The notes under the pieces: model-generated | The model's database searches: none | What the model saw: the letters and a program-made list of their open reading frames with translations, nothing else | Told to the model about the DNA's origin: nothing | Assembly (NCBI GenBank): GCA_046290225.1 | Contig: JBKAGE010000080.1 | Location: 32,001-96,000, forward strand | Length of the DNA: 64,000 nt | Direction: 5' to 3' | Source: Bradymonadia bacterium | Lineage (GTDB): Bacteria; Myxococcota_A; Bradymonadia; UBA7976; UBA1532 | Translations under genes and position numbers: made by a program | Part shown: piece after piece, positions 19,846-27,394 of the stretch | Layout: each line of letters starts with the position of its first letter | Numbering within the stretch: the stretch's first letter is position 1

Positions 19846-20613
19846 ATGAACGCCATCCAGAAACCAGACGCCGACGCCATGCGCCGTGCTGGGGCCGTGG
19901 CCGCCGCTACTCTGGCCACCGTGGGCCGCGCCCTTGAGCCTGGCATGAGCACTGCTGACATCGACGCCCTCGTGCGGGCTGACACCGCCCGTCGCGGCGG
20001 GCGGCCCAGCCAGCTGGGATATCACGGTTTTCCCGCGGCGGTGTGCACCAGTCGTAATCATGTGGTCTGCCATGGGATCCCCAACCCCCAGGAGGTGCTC
20101 GAAGATGGTGATATCATCAACGTAGACATCACCACCTGCGTCGGCGGACATCACGGCGACACCTCGAAGACCTTCTTCATTGGCGAGCCCAGCGCCGAAG
20201 CGCGCCATGTGGTCGAGAGCGCCCGCCGCGCCCGTGACGCTGGCATCTCCGTGGTGCGTCACGGCGCCCGCATCGGCGACATCGGCGCGGCGATTCAAGA
20301 GGTGGCCCGAGCGGCGGGGTGCAGCGTCGTACGGGAGCTGGGCGGCCATGGCATCGGCCAGCGCATGCACCAGCCTCCACATGTGCATCATGTAGGGCGA
20401 CGAGGGACCGGCTTCAAGTTGAGAGAGGGCATGTGCATCACCGTGGAGCCCATGTTGAACCTGGGCACCGCAGATGTCGCCGAGCTCGCGGACGGGTGGA
20501 CCATCGTCACTACCGATGGGCGGTTGTCGGCGCAGTTCGAGCACACAGTTCTGGTCACCCGGACCGGGTGCGAGATCCTTACGTTGCCCCCTGAGGATCA
20601 GGGGACGGGCTGA
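19846..20613 (+). CDS. map: Type I methionyl aminopeptidase
   Basis: VVCHGIP, NVDIT, HGDTS, GHGIG, TVEPM, SAQFEHT. Confidence 0.95.
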   Translation: MNAIQKPDADAMRRAGAVAAATLATVGRALEPGMSTADIDALVRADTARRGGRPSQLGYHGFPAAVCTSRNHVVCHGIPNPQEVLEDGDIINVDITTCVGGHHGDTSKTFFIGEPSAEARHVVESARRARDAGISVVRHGARIGDIGAAIQEVARAAGCSVVRELGGHGIGQRMHQPPHVHHVGRRGTGFKLREGMCITVEPMLNLGTADVAELADGWTIVTTDGRLSAQFEHTVLVTRTGCEILTLPPEDQGTG

Positions 20614-22156
20614 CGACGCTCACCGCAGCGGGTCGCTCGGCGAGCACCTTCCGGGCGGCGGCGATGCCTGACATCAGACAGGGCGCCACGCCACCCCCGT
20701 ACACGCCGGCGCCGGCGAGATAGAGGCCTTCGACCGGGGCCTTGGTTCGGAAGCGTCTGCGACCATACTGGTCGAGGGTGGCCGCGGGGCCATACGCGGC
20801 CCCTTCGACCGCGCCGGCGTAATGAGTGTTGGTCAGGGGTGAGGCCACCTCTTCCACCACCACATCGCCCACGAGACCTGGCCAACGATCTTCCACCGCC
20901 CCCATGAGCTGGGCCGCCACCTCATCCTTGAGCTGGTTGTAATCATCTCCGCGTTTGAACGACTTGCTGTCGGCCCACTGCGCAAAGGGCGCATGAGGAC
21001 ACAGCGTCACCACCTCGAGGGTGCTCCCCCCAGCAGGGGCCATGGAGTTGCTGTCGTCCTTGAGAGAGTTCGGCGACAAAAAGAAGAACCACTCCTCGGG
21101 GATCTTGCCCTCAAAGGCCGGCGCATAGAGCCGCTCGAGATCGAAGTGGGGGTAGTCCCAGACGTTGAAGGCTCCGAGGCCGTGTTTGCTGAGATCACGC
21201 TGCATGCCCAGGAACACGCACACGCTGCCCACCGAGGATTCGGTGTTGTCGACCTTGGTCTGCAGCCGCTCGCTCAGCGTGCCCTCGGGGAGCAGCTTGC
21301 CCAGGGTGAGGGTGGGATCGATGGCCGAAACGACGATGTCAGCGTCGATGCGCTCTCCCGTGGTGAGGGTGACCCCTGAGACCCGGCCATTGTCGAGCTC
21401 GATGGAGGCCACGGCCGCCCGGCGGCGATAGCTCGCCCCGAGGCTGCGACCACGCTCCACGAGGGCGTCTCGAAAGACCCCACTGCCCCCACGGGGGAAC
21501 CACGCGCCGCTGGCGTAGTGCATCATGAGCCCCATGCCCAGCACCGCCGGGGTGCGGCTCGGCGGCAGCGCATAGTCACCACACTGACCGGCGAGCACTG
21601 AGCGCAGCTCCGGGTTCTTGATGTACTCCGCGAGCAGCTCGGCGAAGCTGCGCTCAAGCCACTTCGCTGCAAACGAGAGCCCCGTGACGGCACCGAGATC
21701 ACCGATACGCCGCGAGGCCCCGATGGTCTTGCGGGAGATGAAGTTCGACACTCGATCAAAACGCTTGAGCACCTTGAAGAGCTTGTCGATGTCGCCCTTG
21801 TCTTCGGGGAACTGCGATCGCAGCCGCTGGCGATAATTGTCGATGCCCTTGGGCACCCTCACCTCGAGGCCCGGGAATCGGATCATGTCGAGGCAATCGT
21901 CGTCCATGGGGCAGAAGAGCTGCTGGGCGTCGAGGCCGAGCTTCTCCAGGGTGAGGGTCATGCTCTGCCCCGGGCCAAGCTGTCCGATGTAGTGCACGCC
22001 CGGGTCGAAGTGGTAGTGCCGGCGAGCGAAGGGGTTGAGGAATCCTCCGAGCTGTTTGGCGGCCTCGAGGGCGACGACATCGTGCCCCTGCTCGGCGAGG
22101 CCGATGGCCGCGGCGAGCCCCCCGGCCCCGGTTCCGATGACGACAGCTTTCGACAT
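20579..22156 (-). CDS. Phytoene desaturase / retinol saturase-like FAD oxidoreductase
   Basis: VVIGTGAGGL, FDPGVHYIG, FPRGGSG, SPLTN.HY, GLYLAG; start at MSKAVVIG. Confidence 0.88.
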   Translation of the reverse strand: MSKAVVIGTGAGGLAAAIGLAEQGHDVVALEAAKQLGGFLNPFARRHYHFDPGVHYIGQLGPGQSMTLTLEKLGLDAQQLFCPMDDDCLDMIRFPGLEVRVPKGIDNYRQRLRSQFPEDKGDIDKLFKVLKRFDRVSNFISRKTIGASRRIGDLGAVTGLSFAAKWLERSFAELLAEYIKNPELRSVLAGQCGDYALPPSRTPAVLGMGLMMHYASGAWFPRGGSGVFRDALVERGRSLGASYRRRAAVASIELDNGRVSGVTLTTGERIDADIVVSAIDPTLTLGKLLPEGTLSERLQTKVDNTESSVGSVCVFLGMQRDLSKHGLGAFNVWDYPHFDLERLYAPAFEGKIPEEWFFFLSPNSLKDDSNSMAPAGGSTLEVVTLCPHAPFAQWADSKSFKRGDDYNQLKDEVAAQLMGAVEDRWPGLVGDVVVEEVASPLTNTHYAGAVEGAAYGPAATLDQYGRRRFRTKAPVEGLYLAGAGVYGGGVAPCLMSGIAAARKVLAERPAAVSVVSPSPDPQGAT

Positions 22157-22229
22157 GGTGCAACTCCTCGACCAGACCCTCTGAGGTACCGTGCGCGCAA
22201 CCTCGCACGTCATGCATGCTCCATCAGGT

Positions 22230-22997
22230 ATGCGCTCAGCACAATACGACCACCTGCAAAATGTCTGTATCCAGGGTGCCAGCCGGGGCATCGGCCTCGC
22301 CCTCGTCGGCCGCATGCTTCAACGGCCTTCCGTAGGCCATGTCATCGCCACAGCGCGTCGGCCCGAGGCCTCGGAGGGGCTCTTCGCCCTCACCCAGCGC
22401 CATCCGGACCGCCTCATCACCCTCACTGTAGATGTCACCGACGAAGGCTCGATGGCTGAAGCTGCCCGGATCTCCACAGCGCGGGTGGGGCGTTTGCACC
22501 TGCTGATGAACGTCGCGGGTCTGCTCCACGCCCCCGACGGTATGGCGCCCGAGAAACGCATCGAGGCCCTCGATCCCGGTTTTCTGGCGCGCGCGTTCGC
22601 CGTGAACGCAACGGGGCCAGCGTTAATGGTTAAACACATGCTCCCGCTACTCCGGCACGACGAGCGGGCAGTCATCGCCAACCTCTCGGCACGGGTGGGC
22701 AGCATCGAGGACAACGGCCTCGGGGGCTGGTATGGCTACAGGGCGTCGAAGGCTGCGCAGAACCAGCTCACCCGCACCCTGGCCATCGAGCTGCGGCGTC
22801 GGGCAAAGCACGTGATCTGCGTGGCATTGCATCCCGGCACGGTGGACACAGCGCTCTCACGACCTTTTCGAGGCGGGGCGAAGCGCCGCTTCACCCCCGA
22901 CGAGGCCGCAGGCCATCTGCTCGACGTGATCGATGGCCTGGGCCCGGAAGACACTGGGGCGTTCTTCGCTTGGGACGGTTCACGGATCCCCTGGTGA
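22230..22997 (+). CDS. Short-chain dehydrogenase, CsgA/C-factor-like
   Basis: GASRGIG, SARVGSIEDN.LGGWYGYRASK, LHPGTVDT. Confidence 0.9.
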   Translation: MRSAQYDHLQNVCIQGASRGIGLALVGRMLQRPSVGHVIATARRPEASEGLFALTQRHPDRLITLTVDVTDEGSMAEAARISTARVGRLHLLMNVAGLLHAPDGMAPEKRIEALDPGFLARAFAVNATGPALMVKHMLPLLRHDERAVIANLSARVGSIEDNGLGGWYGYRASKAAQNQLTRTLAIELRRRAKHVICVALHPGTVDTALSRPFRGGAKRRFTPDEAAGHLLDVIDGLGPEDTGAFFAWDGSRIPW

Positions 22998-23199
22998 GAA
23001 ATCCTGGCATAACCGTTCTTGTCGCCAAATATGCATCGCTGTTGAGGTCAACCAAACGAAGGTGCCCGATGGGCAACTCTTCTTCGCTCTGCTGTTTTGT
23101 CAACAGCCTCCAAATCAGAGGAATACAGGCTCTTCTTATGGTGTATCTGATACGAGAGCCTCCGAGAGGCGAGGGCTCTTGTGGATTGGGGAGATACAC

Positions 23200-24219
23200 A
23201 TGGCAGACGATCAGGCACTGACCGGCCCAGACATTGAGCGGCTGGTCAAACGCTACCATCTTGAGCGTGCACGATACGAGCAGGCTGCAGTACAAGTCGG
23301 CACCCGTATCAGTGCTGCGCTGAGGCGCGAGGCCCGCCTGAGATTCATGATCTCGACCCGGGCCAAACATCCTCAGGACCTCAAAGGTAAGCTCCATCGC
23401 AAGCGCGAAAATCCGAAATATACATTCGCGGCGCTTGACGAAAACCTCAACGCCATCGTCAACGACCTGGCTGGATGCCGTGTCGTAGTTTACTCCGCTG
23501 AAGATCTACAGCAGGTGACTCGGATCATCGATGGCCTGTTCGACATCCCAGATCTGCCAGATACACACCTCGACAAGAGCCAGGAAAAAGAAGGGTACCG
23601 TGCTACCCATCGGCTCGTAGCCCTCCCGAATGATGAGAACTCGTCAACATCAGGGGCGATCTGTGAAGTGCAAATCTGTACCGTCGCAGCTCACCTGTTC
23701 AACGAGCTTGAGCATGACATCACGTATAAAACACATGGGGTGAAACCAACCCCGGAAGCCTGTTCGTTGCTCGATGATCTGCGATGGCTCTCTCTGGTGT
23801 CTGATCACACAGCAAGTCGCCTGATTCAGGCACAACAAGTCGCACGCGCCAACATGGAAGAGCTGACCTCACCGGATACGCTCAGATTTGCCCTTGAAGG
23901 CGCTCTCGGACGCCCCATGAGTGGTGACTTCACACGCCTACTGTCACTGCTTGGCTCCATATTGGAGACCGTGAATCTCAGCATCCTGCACTCTTTGGGA
24001 GGCGTCCACCAGCTTCTGAAATGCGGACGAGCGCTTTCACACACATTATCTCTCGAACACACCGATGATGTGATCTACATCACGCTGGGACTCACCGAGC
24101 AATTCGGCGAGGAGCTCGTCGAGCTCTCCTCGATGTGGTCAAAGCCCGAGCTGCCTCTGAGAGCAGCACTGCTCACATGGGCATCTGCTAGGTCAACTGT
24201 GCACGAGAGCGCTGAATGA
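23200..24219 (+). CDS. RelA/SpoT synthetase-domain protein (small alarmone synthetase-like) with C-terminal helical extension
   Basis: STRAK...LKGK, NDLAGCRVV, GYRATH, EVQICT...NELEHDITYK; GGAG RBS before ATG 23200. Confidence 0.85.
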   Translation: MADDQALTGPDIERLVKRYHLERARYEQAAVQVGTRISAALRREARLRFMISTRAKHPQDLKGKLHRKRENPKYTFAALDENLNAIVNDLAGCRVVVYSAEDLQQVTRIIDGLFDIPDLPDTHLDKSQEKEGYRATHRLVALPNDENSSTSGAICEVQICTVAAHLFNELEHDITYKTHGVKPTPEACSLLDDLRWLSLVSDHTASRLIQAQQVARANMEELTSPDTLRFALEGALGRPMSGDFTRLLSLLGSILETVNLSILHSLGGVHQLLKCGRALSHTLSLEHTDDVIYITLGLTEQFGEELVELSSMWSKPELPLRAALLTWASARSTVHESAE

Positions 24220-24257
24220 GGCACACTGCCTGTGTCGATGCAAACAAGGAGATCCAC

Positions 24258-24773
24258 ATGGCCCCTCGCTTGACCATCACCAACGCCATCGAAGCACTGG
24301 AGAAATTCAACCAGCGCTATGACACACTGGATGTGTTCGCGGACGACCTTTACGAACTCCAACAATTCAGACGGGATGGCTCACCTCCACCAGGGCTGCA
24401 GGTCAGTGGAAGCCATACACTCACGGTTGTCGACACCCCCTATGAAATTGAACTCCTTCCTGAGAATGGGGTCGCGCGCATTCAACGGGTTCGTTCATCT
24501 GTCAGCCCTCACAAAATCATCGCAGGGGCAGCGATCGGGGGCATCATCGGCGCGACCCTCGAAACGGCTGTGACAGAAAAGGAGGGTGTCGGTGCCCTCG
24601 GCCTACTCCTCGGCCTGCTCGTTGGAGGTACTCTTGCTTCACATCAGAGCACAGCCCCGAGCGTTCGACGGGTCTTCACCCTCAACTTCGACTCAGAAGA
24701 GCAAAAGTGGAGGGCCTATGATGGTGGCCTCGTAGATTGGATGAAGATGAAACTGTTGCCCGCTGCCTCATGA
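24258..24773 (+). CDS. Hypothetical membrane protein with glycine-zipper-like helices
   Basis: AAGGAG RBS; IIAGAAIGGIIGA and GALGLLLGLLVGG segments. Confidence 0.7.
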   Translation: MAPRLTITNAIEALEKFNQRYDTLDVFADDLYELQQFRRDGSPPPGLQVSGSHTLTVVDTPYEIELLPENGVARIQRVRSSVSPHKIIAGAAIGGIIGATLETAVTEKEGVGALGLLLGLLVGGTLASHQSTAPSVRRVFTLNFDSEEQKWRAYDGGLVDWMKMKLLPAAS

Positions 24774-26878
24774 GCACCCTGGAAGCACAGCAAGCGGCAA
24801 CCACCATAGACATGGATCTCGACGATCTGCTCGAGCTATACATCGACGACGCCCTCAAGGCCCTCGATCGAGAGACCGCCGAGCGCAAACAGCTCCGGGC
24901 CGCCTTCGAATCGGGCACTCCGCTCACCGCCAAGGTGCAGCTCGATCTCTACGATCCGATCGACGGTGAGATCGTCACCGTCCCTGCCGGCGCAGTGGTG
25001 CACGTGGCCGAGCACCAAGGCGACATTTTGATCGGCAAGCTCTCCGACAACACCCACAGCCTCGCCGTCGTCTACGAGCCCCCGGGTCGTTGGATCCCCC
25101 GAAAGCACTTTCTGCCCCTGAGCACACTCGTCGATCGCACCCGCATCACTCAAGGCGAGTCACCGAGCGTGAAGAGCGCGGGCCCCGGTGGCTTCAAAGG
25201 CGCCGGCCTCAAGGGCCTCGACGATGGCACCGCCCTGGCGATCCAGAGCATCGACGCCCTGAACGCCCGAGACGCCTTCGCTGTGCTGCCTCGGGGCACC
25301 CGGATTTTGATCGACGCCGCTCAATTGCAGCTCGAAGAGGGCGCCCCGACCCCAAGCGGTGAGATTTGGGTAGAGGTCACCGCCGCCGTGGGCGACGTGC
25401 GTGACAAAGCGGGCGTCACCGAGATGCCCGAGATCCCGATCCGCATCACTGGGGGTCCTTCGGGCACCCTGCCCTTCGAGGCGCTGCAGCCGCTGAGCTT
25501 CAAGACCCACGTGCTCACCCCCGTGGCCTACGCCCAATATCTGGTGGAGCAGCGGGGCCGTCGGCGGTTCTTGCGGCGGATGACCGGCGCGGGCCTCGCC
25601 GCAGCCTTCCTGGCCATGGACGGCATCTGGTGGACCACTTCGAAGGCGGAGTGGCCCCCCAACGCACCTCCTGCAGATCGGGTGCTCTCGGCGATGATCC
25701 CTCAGCTCGGCGCCTTGCTGGGCTACCTGCGGGCCGGCGGCAAGTACTGGTTCGAGCTCGACGGCCCGCTGATGTCGCTCAGAGAAGCCCGCCGCGGCCC
25801 CGCTGTACGTGCGCTCTCCGACGCCCTCGATCAAATCGCAGCCATCTCGGATCACACATGGGATCTCTGGCGTGGCGCGTTCTATCGCCGAGTGCACGTG
25901 GGCTGGAACGAGCACAAACACTATCGCACTGACAAAGACGGCAAACGGACTTACACCCACTCCACCTGGACCAAGAGCTACCGCAAGATCTGGTGCGAGC
26001 CCCCCGGACTCTCGGGCACCTGGTCCGTGCTCCAAGACTGGGACACAGCGGATGACTGGCGTCGCTCCAAGGGGCATCGCATGCTCAACGTGCCCATCTT
26101 TCAGCTGCTCGAATGCACCCCAGAAGAAGCAGAGTCCCAGTTTCGCACCATGCGGATGGACGTCTCCTTCGCTCGGGAGGCCACGATCTCCGCGGTGACG
26201 GCAGCCCTGTGCAGCGCCCCGGCGGCCTTCTACAGCGACATCCTCGGGGCCTTCAACGGCGTTTCTCAGATGCCCCACCCTGCCCAGAGCCGCTTCCCCG
26301 CTCAAAAGCCAGCCTTGCTGGCTATGGGGGCCATCGCTGGGGCCTTCATCGCTCAGAGCAGTCATCGAAAGCAGGCTGCGGAGCTGGGTCAGAACAAGAA
26401 GGCCCTCGGCGCGCTGCTCGAAACGCAGCTGCGTACGGTGCCGGAGATGGACTTCGAGCAGGCCTGGAATGCTTTCTTTGGGATCCCGAGCTCACAGGCG
26501 GTGGTGCAGACCACTGCCGAGCGCGGCCCGGAGACCCACGATCTGGGCCGCCGCGCTCAGAGTTTCACGTATGTGCACAGCGGAGGGTTCGACCGAGGGC
26601 GGCCGCTGGACTCGATCTACGTGGATGCTGGGCCGGTGAAGACCTACTTCCCGGAGATCGCCCAACGATGGGGACAGGCGTCACAGGCGCTCGCTGACGC
26701 GTTGCGCGAAGCGGAGGTGTTGTTGCCTGTGCTTCAGAACGTGGTGGGTACTGATATTCTCAATGCCCGGATCCGGGAAGATGCCTCTGAGGCCAGCAGC
26801 GGTGGATGGAAGCAATCGCTGTGGTTCGCGGCGCCGATTTGGGGTGCTGCGTTGCTTGATGGATTGCTCAAACGCTGA
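24770..26878 (+). CDS. Large hypothetical membrane protein
   Basis: ATGA overlap with the upstream stop; host-like codon bias; several hydrophobic segments. Confidence 0.75.
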   Translation: MSTLEAQQAATTIDMDLDDLLELYIDDALKALDRETAERKQLRAAFESGTPLTAKVQLDLYDPIDGEIVTVPAGAVVHVAEHQGDILIGKLSDNTHSLAVVYEPPGRWIPRKHFLPLSTLVDRTRITQGESPSVKSAGPGGFKGAGLKGLDDGTALAIQSIDALNARDAFAVLPRGTRILIDAAQLQLEEGAPTPSGEIWVEVTAAVGDVRDKAGVTEMPEIPIRITGGPSGTLPFEALQPLSFKTHVLTPVAYAQYLVEQRGRRRFLRRMTGAGLAAAFLAMDGIWWTTSKAEWPPNAPPADRVLSAMIPQLGALLGYLRAGGKYWFELDGPLMSLREARRGPAVRALSDALDQIAAISDHTWDLWRGAFYRRVHVGWNEHKHYRTDKDGKRTYTHSTWTKSYRKIWCEPPGLSGTWSVLQDWDTADDWRRSKGHRMLNVPIFQLLECTPEEAESQFRTMRMDVSFAREATISAVTAALCSAPAAFYSDILGAFNGVSQMPHPAQSRFPAQKPALLAMGAIAGAFIAQSSHRKQAAELGQNKKALGALLETQLRTVPEMDFEQAWNAFFGIPSSQAVVQTTAERGPETHDLGRRAQSFTYVHSGGFDRGRPLDSIYVDAGPVKTYFPEIAQRWGQASQALADALREAEVLLPVLQNVVGTDILNARIREDASEASSGGWKQSLWFAAPIWGAALLDGLLKR

Positions 26879-26949
26879 GTGCAGGTCTCAATGCCCGTAG
26901 AGTGGTCAGATGGATGTACATTGATGACTGATGCTCTCCTTGCCTCTCG

Positions 26950-27299
26950 ATGTGGGGCTCGCTCCGCGGGCAAGAGAGTTTTTCGGGCACGGGCACGGGC
27001 ACGGGCACGGGCACGAGTTGATACATACCTGGACCCGTGGTCCTGCATGGCGCCGCTCCTAGGCTCTTGGTGGTGGAGGTTCTACTCGGCCCCATATATC
27101 TCTCATTGGAGGTTTTGGCCTCCATACACCCCAAGAACTGAACGAACTGAGAGTTCAGGCATACATCATCTCAGCTCAATGACTGCCTTCGTCCTGAGTT
27201 TAGGATGGGTCACGGGTCCAGGTATGTATCAACTCGTGCCCGTGCCCGTGCCCGTGCCCGTGCCCGAAAACTCTCTTGCCAGCGGAGCGCTCCCCATAT
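26950..27299. mobile_element. Fold-back element family A, copy 3
   Basis: CGCTCCGCGGGCAAGAGAGTTTTT(CGGGCA)5CGAGTTGATACATACCTGGACCCGTG ... matching reverse arm ending CTCTCTTGCCAGCGGAGCG. Confidence 0.85.
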
Positions 27300-27394
27300 C
27301 AGCCAATACACACCAACTCAGCAACCACAGTCACCCCACAGCCCAACACTCACATCGAGCATCAACAGTATGACTCACCTAATAAACGCTCGAC

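Noticed and set aside
22230..22997. Assigning the symbol csgA to the SDR
   Set aside because: Family resemblance only; orthology with the developmental C-signal cannot be shown from the sequence alone.
22933..23199. N-terminal extension of the RelA/SpoT-domain ORF
   Set aside because: It overlaps the SDR end and looks intergenic; the RBS supports ATG 23200.
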